Positions 20,757 to 30,400 of a stretch of 64,000 nucleotides of DNA are shown piece by piece (the stretch's first letter is position 1; the number at the start of each line of letters is the position of its first letter). The notes under the pieces are model-generated. The model was not told the origin of the DNA, did not search any database, and saw only the letters and a program-made list of their open reading frames with translations. Source of the stretch: Spirochaetia bacterium (lineage in GTDB: Bacteria; Spirochaetota; Spirochaetia; SZUA-6; Bin103); contig CBDAOI010000003.1 in the NCBI GenBank assembly GCA_965198005.1, positions 576,001-640,000 of the forward strand. Reading direction: 5' to 3'. A program made the translations under genes and the position numbers.

Positions 20757-20885
20757 CTCGCCAGCCTTGCCGGCCGGTGGAGTCCCTCCGGGCTGGCGGA
20801 TGCCTTCGGAGGCGGTCCGAGATCGCAGCCACCCCCCGCGAAGATCGACCGCGCAGCGGTTCAACACGAAGGGGGTGAGAAGCGA

Positions 20886-21035
20886 TTGAGTGATATGCTA
20901 CCGGAACTCGGTGCCGGAGTGCTTGAGATCGGCGAGACCGTCGAAATCTGGTGCGCTCTCCTGGCCCATTGCCAGGCCAAAAAGCAAATCGAGTGGTGGC
21001 GCCGGCGTCGGCGTCGCCGCCAGCAGGCTAGGTGA
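20886..21035 (+). CDS. Putative 49-aa small protein with a poly-Arg tail
   Basis: TTG start (in-frame ATG at 20895) after GGGGGTGAG. MSDMLPELGAGVLEIGETVEIWCALLAHCQAKKQIEWWRRRRRRRQQAR. Below the ORF-track cutoff. Confidence 0.35.
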   Translation: MSDMLPELGAGVLEIGETVEIWCALLAHCQAKKQIEWWRRRRRRRQQAR

Positions 21036-21175
21036 GGCGAGGGCGCCGCGCGGCCGCCCGTACCTCTGGAATTCTGCCGTTGCCCGTCCGTAGCATGAAA
21101 CGGCTACTTGGCGGGGGCCGTTTCAATTTCACCGCTTGGCCCTCGCGGAGAAACGAAGCCAGAGAGAGAGGAGAT

Positions 21176-21580
21176 ATGAGCAAGAAACCAGATTTCGACC
21201 TGGATGAACTCAGGTCATGGTCGAAAGACGAGATAGTCGAATGGGTCGCCGACGGGCAATACGCAGAGTTCATCTACGACCCGCCCGCCGGTCAGCCCGA
21301 CCCGGAGGGGCGCCGCCTGTGCGTCTTCATTCGCCCGAAGAACCGGGCGCAGCGTAAGAGAGAACGAAGCCGGCTGGTGCCAGCCCTGGAGTTCCACGCG
21401 GGCTGGGAGGTAGAGGGCGCTTATCGACGGCTGGTGAGCCTTGGCGTCAAGAAGCCGAGCCGCGACGCTCTTATAGCCGAAGTGATGCTAAGCGCCGACG
21501 CCCTGAACCGGCCCCTGATCGAAGCTCTCTACAAGGCGGTCAACGACTGGTTCGACCGCCATCCGGAAACGGGCACTTAG
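21176..21580 (+). CDS. Hypothetical protein (134 aa)
   Basis: Strong RBS GAGAGGAG before ATG. Protein-like composition. Confidence 0.6.
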   Translation: MSKKPDFDLDELRSWSKDEIVEWVADGQYAEFIYDPPAGQPDPEGRRLCVFIRPKNRAQRKRERSRLVPALEFHAGWEVEGAYRRLVSLGVKKPSRDALIAEVMLSADALNRPLIEALYKAVNDWFDRHPETGT

Positions 21581-21875
21581 GTATATTATTCCCCAATAGA
21601 ACGCCAATCCGCTCCGCATCCACCTCCTCTACGGTACCCACAACGCGTCCGCCAAGCACTTGGATCAGCGACAGTCACCTAGCGGGATTCACGCGCATCG
21701 ACGAGCCGCTTATGGCGCGCTTCGCGGGCTTGCTCGAGGAGTTGCGGGGTCCAAGGCGAGATCCGGCGCGAACGTGGACCTCGACACGGCCACGACGCGG
21801 CCCTACGGGCGGCATGAGCCGTTCTTATTCGTTCCCGGTCTTCCGTTCGGCCAACCCACTTTCTGAGTCAGTCGC

Positions 21876-22777
21876 ATGAAAGAAGGCGACCGAATCTGGC
21901 TCAAATACGAGGACCAAGGTCTTCTCGACCGCCTCGATTCACTCAACGACGTCAACCGGCTCGCGCTGACCTTTTGCGAGGATGTAGCCCGCACCTATCG
22001 TTTGGTCACATTGCGGCACAATCCGCATCGAGGCTCCTCCGGATACGTCCTTGCCGACGCACCATCGTCGGGCTTCTGACACGCGTGGCGAAGCTGCTCC
22101 GACTAGTATGCAAATTCTACGAGCTGGGCAATGCCGACCACCTCGTGGTGTTCTCGCGCCCGCTGATCGAGTCGGCGATCGTCGCCACCTATCTCCTGCA
22201 GGAAGGAGACGAGGCCGTCGAAGACTTCCGACGGTGTTCGTACAAGGACACGCTCCGGATTCTTCGCGACCACGAGAGCGGGTCCGTGTTCTTTCGTACG
22301 CCACCGGGTCAGCGCGTTCTACAGTCCGCGCTCCAGGACCTGGCTCTCGAGGGGCTATCCAAGCAGAGCTTCGCGGTGCAGAAGCGCAATCGTTGGCGCA
22401 TCCAGGGAAAGTCGCTGTACGACATTTTCGGCGAAGTGACCGACCCAGCCCAGTATCCATTCATCTACGGCATCATGTCGGAGTCCATTCAGGGTTCGTG
22501 GAACGAATCCATGGACTGGTGCCTGTCCAGGAACGACGACGGCACCTTCTCCGCGCTCGCTCTGTATCACGGTGTGGATGCTCGGGCGATTCTGCCTTTG
22601 GTGCGATACGCGACGCCCCCGTACGTTCTTTGGAGCGACAGAATCCAGATACAGGACGACTCAATACGCCAGATGCTCGATCGTATCCACGACTACTCCC
22701 GCTCGATCTATCATAGGTTCGATGAACTCTACGACGGCCCGACCGCTGATGGTTTCACGGCCCCCGATCCGAAGTAA
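21876..22777 (+). CDS. DUF5677-like protein, paralog 1; 1-nt frameshift near 22063
   Basis: ORF 21876 (…SGYVLADAP) joins ORF 21974 (IVGLLTRVAKLL…). The joined protein is colinear with 22818-23687. Motifs RPLIE, RRCSYK, Y...SESIQGSW. Confidence 0.65.
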
Positions 22778-22817
22778 GCGACGCCGATCTCGATAGAGGC
22801 ACGATTACCCACGACCC

Positions 22818-23687
22818 ATGGACGAGATCCAGGACATCCTCGCCAAATACGACCGCGCCTACTTGGCGTGCCTCTTTGCGTCAACGCCGAAGACAGACCG
22901 GCTGGCGTTGGCCTTCTACGAGGATGTCGTGGAGATTCTCGACATCCTCTCTCGCTTGAGGAACAGCGAAAGAAACCCAACGGGCTTCTCAATTGACGAT
23001 GCATCGATACTCGGTCTGCTCGTCCGCACATGGAAACTACTCAAGCTGATTGTCTGGATCTACAAGGAAGACAGCGCAGAGTACGCGGCCATCGCCCAAC
23101 GATCGCTCATCGAAGTGGCCGTCACAGCGACCTACCTGCTTCGCTCGGACAAATCGACGTTGGAAGACTATAGGCGCTGTTCCTACAAGAACAGGTTCAT
23201 GATGCTCAAACAAGCGGCTTCCGGTTCTGAGTACCATCGCAGTAAGGCCGGACACCGCGTCTTGCACTCGATCAATAAAAAGCTCTCCCTAGAGGGGTTG
23301 GACGAGCATAGCTTCGAAGACCAGATCCGCAACCGTTGGCGCGTTCAGGGTAAGACCTTTCACGCGATCTTCAAGGAGGTCGTAGGCGAGGACCTGTATA
23401 CTGTGGCGTACGGTACCTTCTCGGAGTCCGTCCACGGTTCCTGGCACGAGGTCCGCGGCTTCTCCCTGCGCGGGAGCGTCGCCCGAGGTTTCTCGCCGCT
23501 GTACGAGCCGCTTCGCGCGAGCGTCGGCCACGTTTCTCTGATCGTCCCGTTTGCCACACTGCCCTTTCGGGGATGGGCAGCAAGGGTCCAATTGGACGAC
23601 CCCTACATTGAGAAAGTGTTGGACTTTGTCGACAGGCTCAACGGAAGATTATTCGAGAAGTACGGAAGTCTTTTCTACGACGTGTGA
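22818..23687 (+). CDS. DUF5677-like protein, paralog 2
   Basis: Motifs RSLIE, RRCSYK and Y...SESVHGSW in a helical 289-aa protein. Confidence 0.7.
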   Translation: MDEIQDILAKYDRAYLACLFASTPKTDRLALAFYEDVVEILDILSRLRNSERNPTGFSIDDASILGLLVRTWKLLKLIVWIYKEDSAEYAAIAQRSLIEVAVTATYLLRSDKSTLEDYRRCSYKNRFMMLKQAASGSEYHRSKAGHRVLHSINKKLSLEGLDEHSFEDQIRNRWRVQGKTFHAIFKEVVGEDLYTVAYGTFSESVHGSWHEVRGFSLRGSVARGFSPLYEPLRASVGHVSLIVPFATLPFRGWAARVQLDDPYIEKVLDFVDRLNGRLFEKYGSLFYDV

Positions 23688-24260
23688 CTGGGGGAGGGGT
23701 GGAAAGTGCTGTTGTAAGTGGATAAAGGTGAGTTCAGTTGCATGGATATACAGAACACGGGGTATCGGAACACTATCTTGACGCGTGGAGGGGCCTTGGC
23801 GGGCCGCTGAGAGCGATTTCGTTCGTCCGCGACCGCCGATATGCCGATATGCAGTGCCCGGTGACAAGACCGCCCTCAGGGATCAGTTGCGGGGTGGCGT
23901 TCAACATGGGCACCAACCGGCGCTAGGAAGCGCCGTACGACACCATAAAGGAGCTGATCCACGGCGGCCGCCACGGCAGGTTGCTGTCGATGACCATCCT
24001 CCAGTGTTCGGCCTGTTCAACATGGGCAGCCACGCCTTCGATCTGTTCCTGTGGCTGAACGACGAGCCGGTGGAGTGGGTGCAGTTCCACCTGCGCGGGC
24101 ACCCGAACGATGATCGAGCCCGTGCGCGGAGCCGTGGTCCCCGCCGGCCCGCACCAGGCGGGGAGTGTCGGGTATACGGCCACGCCGCGAAGGCGACCGT
24201 CGTGATGGCGTTGGTCCATGCGGGTGTCCTGGGTGCCGAGGAGGGCGTTGTCGATCAGGT

Positions 24261-24840
24261 TCAGAAGCGGCCGATCTGGTCGGGGCCGGGGTCGCAGGCG
24301 GCGACCGAGGCGTCGAAGCTCTTTTGAGTGCGTTCGGCGCACAGCGGGGCCACGGCCGGCTCTTCCAACAGGTTGTTCAGCTCCAGTGGATCGGATTCGA
24401 GGTCGTACAGCTCGCCGTGGTCCAGACTGTGGTAGTTCACCAGCTTTGTGGCGCTCGTCGCGGTACATGGTGGCCCAGCACGGCGTGCGCCGGCCCGGCT
24501 CCTGCGGCAGGTACATGTTCAGGGCGTCGTAGTACTCGCATCTCACGTGGTCGCGGTGGCGCGCCGGGTCCGCCCCCCCGGTGAGGATCGGCAGCAGCGA
24601 GCGGCCGTTGGTCCACGCCAGCGGCTAGCCGGTCAGCTCGGCCAGTGTCGGCGCCACGTCGGTCAGCTCCACCAGCCCGTCGGCCACCAGCCCCTGCCGG
24701 AAGCGCCCGGCCAGGACACGATCAGCGGCACCCGCACCGCCCCCTCGTAGAAGCGGCAGCCCTTGGCGGTCAGGCCGTGGTCGCCGAGCATCTCGCCGTG
24801 CTCGGACATGAAGATCACCACGGTGTTGTCGCGCTGGCCG
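24261..24840 (-). pseudogene. Sulfatase C-terminal fragment
   Basis: NTVVIFMSEHGEMLGDHGL..KG..FYEGAVRVPLI...LVELTDVAPTL...ELYDLESDP.E..NL. Internal stop at 24625 and a frameshift. Confidence 0.8.
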
Positions 24841-25280
24841 GTTCAATGAACGTAGTATCCAAATGCGGCTCGGGACTGGCCGGGGCGTTTGGATTCTTCC
24901 TGAGAGGCGACGATTCGAAGCGCAAACACACTTCGAAACCAGCCTACTAAATCCGTGGGTATCATCATCAAGATGACTACAACAATTCGTAAATCGACAG
25001 AGTTGGCGACGCAGGAGGCGAATCGCCGACCCAGAGCATCGCTCCCGGTACTCGGCGCCTACCCAGGAGGGCCCGAACACCCGCGCGCTCGTGGTAGTGT
25101 CGTGAGATTAACATAGGAACTGCCACCGGCGATGTTAGCCATGGATCACACAAGAACAGGTCAACTTGCTTCTGGAGTTGGGAGGAGTTGGGGGAAGCTG
25201 GGTGCGAACGCCTGGCGGGAATCCGGGTTATGGCGCGGTCTGACCCAGTAACCGGCACCCTCCGAAGCTATCTGGCCCGC

Positions 25281-26753
25281 CTATAGGACTTCCCCAGGTG
25301 GCCAGTGCTCGGGAGCTGTCACCCAAGCCTCCGCGTACCCCTGGTCGCCCCAACCTCGCACGCGACGGCACGCACATTTATCGCTTGTTTCGTCCTCCCA
25401 AGCAATGACCTCAAACTCGCGAGCCACGAGATTCATTTGGAGTCGTTCGAATGGTGGCTCGAATCGTCCGGTGATCCATCCGACGGCGTAGCCCGCCGCC
25501 AGCGCGCCTGCCGTCGTCGTAAGGTAGCCGACGGTGTTGAGTTGAGGGATCTCCTCCCAGTATGCACTATCCGGTTCGCCGCCCGGGTTGGCTGCCTGGG
25601 CCGCCGCACGCCGAGACTCTCGTTCCTGCTCGGACATGAGTTCCTGAGAGACTCGACGTGGGTCAATGAGCCCTCGGCATAGCGCGCACGGGTCCGCTGG
25701 CAGCCAGCGCAGTAGCTGTATAATCTGGCCGCGAACGGCCCCCTCCCTTCCTTCCAATGAGACAGCGCAGTCGATTGCCGGTACGAGGTAGCGTACCACG
25801 AGGTCGCTTAGGGCAAGGCGACTGTGTTGTTGATCCGTGCACCCAAGGATCACGTCTGCCTCGACGAGCTTATCCACCGCGAGTCCTTGAGGCAGCGCTC
25901 CCTTCACGGGAACGACCTCACACCGCTTGTTGATCGCGCCGACATGACGGCGCGCAATCTCTGACTTACTCACACGCGCCTCTCCATCACGCGGCCAGCT
26001 ACCGTGGACGCGCTCAAGATTGGAGGGCTCCAAATCGTCGGGATCTACGATGATCAGCCGCCCCACACCAGCGCGGACCAAGACCTCGATGGCCGCGGAG
26101 CCCGTGCCACCCGCACCCACGACGCCGACCGTGGCTCCCTGCAGTCTGCGTGCTGCCTCGTCGCCAAACGCGGCAGCGAGTCGACCTACAGTCTCAAGGT
26201 CCGGTGTGTCGAACCTGTCCTCACGATCGACATGAACCGGCTCGCGGTCTGATGGAAACCGCGAGATTGAGTGCCACTGGCCACCATAGAACACGCGGCC
26301 TCCCAAGACTACTTGGCCACCGACCTTGGAGACGATCAGGCTGACGTACGGTCGCCCGGGGGCGAACCCAGCAAAGTAGTCGGCGTAGTAGGCGTCCATG
26401 TCGTCGTCGATCAGGCTCGGTACAGGAGGGGAACCCTCCGGATGGCTGTGAATAACACCAACGGCCAGCGGGTGCGCCTCCGCATGGAGTGCCGTACGGA
26501 GAGTGTACGGCTCCAGAATTGCCACATGGTCCACTCCGTCATCGAGGTCCCCAGGCCTGGGCGCTTCGATACTCGCCAGTGTAAGGACCAGGGTGTCGCC
26601 TGTGTCTCGCCACCCGAATCTGGCGAACGTCGCCCATTCGTCCTTGGGGTATCGAGAAAACACCAAACGGAGCAGTTCCTGCCGTTCCGGGTTGCTCATC
26701 CGGACGACGACGACGCCGACCCGCGTCGCGATCAGTTCAGATGGGCAAGCCAT
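25281..26753 (-). CDS. JAB/JAMM metallopeptidase - ThiF/E1 fusion (BubCD-like)
   Basis: N-terminal E...HSHPEGSPPVPSLIDD (JAMM motif). E1 motifs GAGGTGS, DPD.LEPSNLERV, CTD...R, and Zn pairs CALC and CAC. Confidence 0.88.
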   Translation of the reverse strand: MACPSELIATRVGVVVVRMSNPERQELLRLVFSRYPKDEWATFARFGWRDTGDTLVLTLASIEAPRPGDLDDGVDHVAILEPYTLRTALHAEAHPLAVGVIHSHPEGSPPVPSLIDDDMDAYYADYFAGFAPGRPYVSLIVSKVGGQVVLGGRVFYGGQWHSISRFPSDREPVHVDREDRFDTPDLETVGRLAAAFGDEAARRLQGATVGVVGAGGTGSAAIEVLVRAGVGRLIIVDPDDLEPSNLERVHGSWPRDGEARVSKSEIARRHVGAINKRCEVVPVKGALPQGLAVDKLVEADVILGCTDQQHSRLALSDLVVRYLVPAIDCAVSLEGREGAVRGQIIQLLRWLPADPCALCRGLIDPRRVSQELMSEQERESRRAAAQAANPGGEPDSAYWEEIPQLNTVGYLTTTAGALAAGYAVGWITGRFEPPFERLQMNLVAREFEVIAWEDETSDKCACRRVRGWGDQGYAEAWVTAPEHWPPGEVL

Positions 26754-27133
26754 GCGATCAAATGATCCAGATAGGTGTGGAACCCGTGGCGATTCGGATC
26801 CCATGGCGGACCTCCGCCCCCACCATGCGGATGATAGCTGGCGAGCTGCCACTTGCGATCGCCGACACTGATAAGGCCCTGGCTGTTCCGCCCACCCTTG
26901 ACGAGATCAAGGAACGGGGAGTCCACGGGCAGGCCCGCCAGGTCGATGATGCCCCCAGGGTAACCGCTGGGTACAGGTACCACGACATCTGATGCGGCCG
27001 GCAGCCCCCTCTCTTTACCAGCGGTAGGGACATCGAAATAGATGACAACGGGTCTCGAATCGACCACCAGTCCTGCGGCCTGCCCGCCGTCCGCCAACAC
27101 GCGTAGCTCGCGGGCTATACGATCTTGGTTCAT
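26732..27133 (-). CDS. Prokaryotic E2-like (UBC fold, family E-like) protein lacking cysteine
   Basis: PSGYP..IID, WQLASYH, PWDP...HTYL. Lies between Ubl and E1, with a TGATG overlap with the Ubl gene. Confidence 0.75.
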   Translation of the reverse strand: MNQDRIARELRVLADGGQAAGLVVDSRPVVIYFDVPTAGKERGLPAASDVVVPVPSGYPGGIIDLAGLPVDSPFLDLVKGGRNSQGLISVGDRKWQLASYHPHGGGGGPPWDPNRHGFHTYLDHLIAWLAHLN

Positions 27134-27375
27134 CAACCCCCCTCGACGACTCTCCGTGTCACGAGAAAATGATCGTCGTGCTTGATTTCGACCTCCTCCT
27201 TCTCCCCGATCTCTCGCTTCTCGCCGTCCCTCTCGAGTCGAACCACGGCGTTGCCGGGCGGCACGTCCACGAGGAGCGCTACGTCCCCCCCGGTCATCCG
27301 TGGTTTGACCCCGTCACCTTCATCGAACTTGCGACGGTTGACGTAGATGATCAGATCGTTTCCCAACTTCGACAT
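27133..27375 (-). CDS. Ubiquitin-like protein (single beta-grasp, multi-ubiquitin family-like) ending in Gly-Gly
   Basis: 80 aa, IYVN...MTGGDVALL...HFLVTRRVVEGG-stop. RBS AAGGAGG. Confidence 0.8.
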   Translation of the reverse strand: MSKLGNDLIIYVNRRKFDEGDGVKPRMTGGDVALLVDVPPGNAVVRLERDGEKREIGEKEEVEIKHDDHFLVTRRVVEGG

Positions 27376-27448
27376 CGTTTCCTCCTTGCCCGGAGCCTAG
27401 CTCCTGAGCTATACTAAGTCGCAGCGAACGCTACGACACCGTATTGAT

Positions 27449-27477
27449 AAGATATACGTATCGTAGATTCCCGTCAA
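27449..27477 (-). promoter_or_regulatory. Sigma70 promoter of the Ubl operon, overlapped by an imperfect inverted repeat
   Basis: Minus strand TTGACG-N17-TATCTT. Inverted arms CTACGACACCGTAT (27431) and ATACGTATCGTAG (27454-27466). Confidence 0.6.
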
Positions 27478-27494
27478 GGGGGGGTCGGACAACG

Positions 27495-27815
27495 ATGGAT
27501 GGGCTTCCCGAGCGCCTACGAGCAAACCGTAAGATGCGTGGCCTGACCCAAGCTGAGCTGGGAGCTAGGGCTGGGATTGCCGCGGCATCCGTTTCTCACT
27601 TCGAAACGGGGCAACGTGAGCCGTCGCTTGAGTCTCTCGTTCGTCTCGCAGACGCCCTTGAGTTGAGCACGGACGCGCTTCTTGGTCGTGGATTCCAAAA
27701 TCCTGCCATACGGGTCGACCCCGTTTTCCTCCGAGCGTCTCGGTCGGATTCGAAGACCCTCGACCTGGTCAAGAAGGTGACCCGGGCTTTGATCGAAGAT
27801 GCCCAAGAGGACTGA
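27495..27815 (+). CDS. XRE-family HTH transcriptional regulator
   Basis: LRANRKMRGLTQAELG...SVSHFETGQREPSLESLVRLADAL. Divergent from the Ubl operon. Confidence 0.9.
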   Translation: MDGLPERLRANRKMRGLTQAELGARAGIAAASVSHFETGQREPSLESLVRLADALELSTDALLGRGFQNPAIRVDPVFLRASRSDSKTLDLVKKVTRALIEDAQED

Positions 27816-28106
27816 CGCCCCCTAGGCAGGTCGGTTCGGGTCAGGCGGTGCTGCGAACGCCTCACGGGGATCCGGTAGCCGTTACGGGCCGCGGGGGTGC
27901 CAGGCTACTTGCGGCAATGGTGCCTCGTGGCCTATCCTGGCGCCAGTCGGTCCCGCTTCGCCTTCTGCGGAACCCGATCGTCGTGGACAAGCCCCGTTGG
28001 TTGGGCTTGGTGAGTAATCCGATGTGACGGCTCTTGCGCTGTCGATTCCATATACGGAGATCAATTGGACTTGGAAAGGACACATGACCGGACTCGGAAA
28101 GAACGC

Positions 28107-28313
28107 ATGACTCCTCTTGAGGATGAAAAGACGACGTTGCCCGAGCAGGATAGGGATCGCGCACCGATCGGTGAGGACGACGTGGAGCAGATGAAGCAGA
28201 TCTTCGAGGAAGCCAAACGCGTGGTCAAGCCAATCGTCAAACGTGAGTCGGGCGCGGAAGTTGTCAGCGTCGAACTCTTTAACATACGGCTCAAGGATGC
28301 TTATCGAGCCTGA
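28107..28313 (+). CDS. Small hypothetical protein (68 aa)
   Basis: ATG ORF overlapping the peptidase start by 17 nt. Confidence 0.5.
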   Translation: MTPLEDEKTTLPEQDRDRAPIGEDDVEQMKQIFEEAKRVVKPIVKRESGAEVVSVELFNIRLKDAYRA

Positions 28314-29810
28314 CGGTCATCGTTACCCAGTCCAGCGGATACGAGTTCACCCGTTCAATCCACAGTTTGACAGGCTGTTTACAGTACCACCTGGGCAGAT
28401 TGGTATCGATTGGCCTCCTCCTCAAATGACGTATATGGGAATCTACCTGGGTTCTCTCGATTGTCGGACGATCGTTCATGAACGCCACTATATTGATCGT
28501 CACTATATTGACGACTTTTCTCTCTTCTACTCACGCAGCCTTCGGAATTACCCCAACAGCTGTCAACGACTTCACTTTTTTTCTTCAGAATTCGATGAAC
28601 ATCAGTGGTCTGGTTTGATTCAGAGGGCCAATGGCGGGGGGCGCGAAGAGGTTGAACGAGAGTTGGCGAGGCATTATCTGGGATTTATGGTGATCAAACC
28701 CCTTCCCGGCTGCCCCATTGGCAGAACCGTCGTTAGGACGTATGACCGTACTACTCCGAGCGGACGACGACGTGAGTTTAGTGCGATCCGTCGCTATGAG
28801 GTAAGCCTTGCCGGCTTGTCTTTGTCGGTCGAAGGGCTAGCCTTCCAACAACAAGACCAAGGTGTGAGTGCGTGTGCCACGACCGCCCTCTGGTCGGCTC
28901 TTCAGCGTACGGCACCCCGGGAGCACTTATCTTCGCCTACGCCGGCGCAGATCACGGAAGCTGCGTCACGTTACATGCTCCCGGAGGGGAGAGCTTTACC
29001 GTCTGAAGGTCTCCGCTTCGATCAACTGTGTGAAGCGGTTCGGGCGACTGGTCTCGCACCCGTCTTACTCACGTCGATATCGCCTCCCGAAGACCGAGCC
29101 CACATGGCGACGTACCTACGATCAGGCTTCCCTGTGCTGCTCGGAATCCTACCAATGGGGGGCGGCGAAGCTCACGCCGTGTGTTTGGTCGGACTTCGTT
29201 GGGGAGCGGTCCAGCCTCCAACGGATCCCAGCATCAGCTACCGGGACGGCTCGACGGCGATCGAGGGCGTATATGTGCATGATGACCGGCTGGGTCCATA
29301 CGCGTCAGCGCCCTTGAAGCCTACAACCATTAATGGCGACGTGGTAACGACTCTCGAATTGTCGTGGCCCGATGAACAGCCCGTCGAAGAGTTTCGACTC
29401 GTTGGAATGCTGATACCGGTCCCGGTGAACTCCGCCTATCGGCTGTTAGGTTGCGAGCGCTCGCACATGCGTTGGCCCAAACAGTTGCCGTCGGTATACC
29501 GGCTCTTGCTGGGCTCGAAGTGCACACATCGTTTTGCAAAGGTGCCTCCTATCGTACGAAGGCATACGATTTCAACCTCTCTTTGGAAGGACTCCGAGAG
29601 TTCACACACGAGACGCTCTTGTCGCGGTATGTCGGGGTAATCGAATTGGTTACGGACAACGGCCCGGTGGCGGACGTGATCCTTGATGCGACGGAGACGA
29701 GTCCAAATCCAGGTGTCTTGGCGGTCGTGCGCCGGGAAGCGGCCCCCCATGCCTACGGAAGGCAAATTCGCGTAATCGCCGAAGTGCTCGGGGCCAGAGG
29801 CATCACTTGA
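28297..29810 (+). CDS. Papain-fold/C39-like cysteine peptidase; 1-nt frameshift near 29428
   Basis: QQQD..VSACATTALW (oxyanion Q, catalytic C), HAVCLVG, YVHDDRLGPY. Reading continues as LRLSAVRLRALAHALAQ in the 29451-29810 frame. Confidence 0.7.
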
Positions 29811-29934
29811 CGTGAGCCGATACCATCGCGGCTGGAGTGTCAAACACGACGGTCGCCCACCTTCGCACTCGTGTGCGAGAGAGTATCGCAGTCCACCTAC
29901 GCGGCGTCGCCGGGACGCCAGACCAGCGGCACAA

Positions 29935-30137
29935 ACATGCTGACAGACGATCACGCGCTCCACGTGTGCGTCGAGCGCTTCCTTGCCGCGGCGGAAGATC
30001 ACGTTATCTGCGGTCTGCCGCCTCCCCGCGGTGGTCAGTCGGTAGCGCATGCGTATGTCATTGCGGTCGAAGCCGTACGTCTCGATGAGCTGTCGGAGCA
30101 CCTTCTGAACGAGCCGCGTCTTGGAGGTCGCCCGCAC
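29935..30137 (-). pseudogene. Fragment of a type I restriction HSDR_N-like domain
   Basis: QKVLRQLIETYGFDRNDI...RQTADNVIFR...VIVCQ. Confidence 0.55.
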
Positions 30138-30156
30138 CGTTTGACCGGTGAGGATG

Positions 30157-30400
30157 TTACTGCGGACTCTCGGTCGTTTCGCCGATAGCAGCGGTCATCT
30201 CCAGCAACGCTTCGCGCAGGAGGCGACTGAGATCCCGCTCGAAGCTCCGCGTTCGCCCGGCATATCCGGCAGCCGTCTGCAAGTCCTTGCTCGTAGCCTC
30301 TACGTCAACACAAGCTCGCAGCATGGCGACCTCTCTATCGCTCAATCCGGCTTGCACCCCAGCTTGCACCCCAGCTTTCACCCCGGTGCGTGGTTGCCCA
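30157..30400 (-). pseudogene. C-terminal winged-helix fragment (Fic/RecG_C-type) preceded by 12-bp tandem repeats
   Basis: GVKAGVQAGVQAG repeat, then LRAC...SKDLQTAAGY..RTRSFERDLSRLL...LEMT. Confidence 0.5.
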
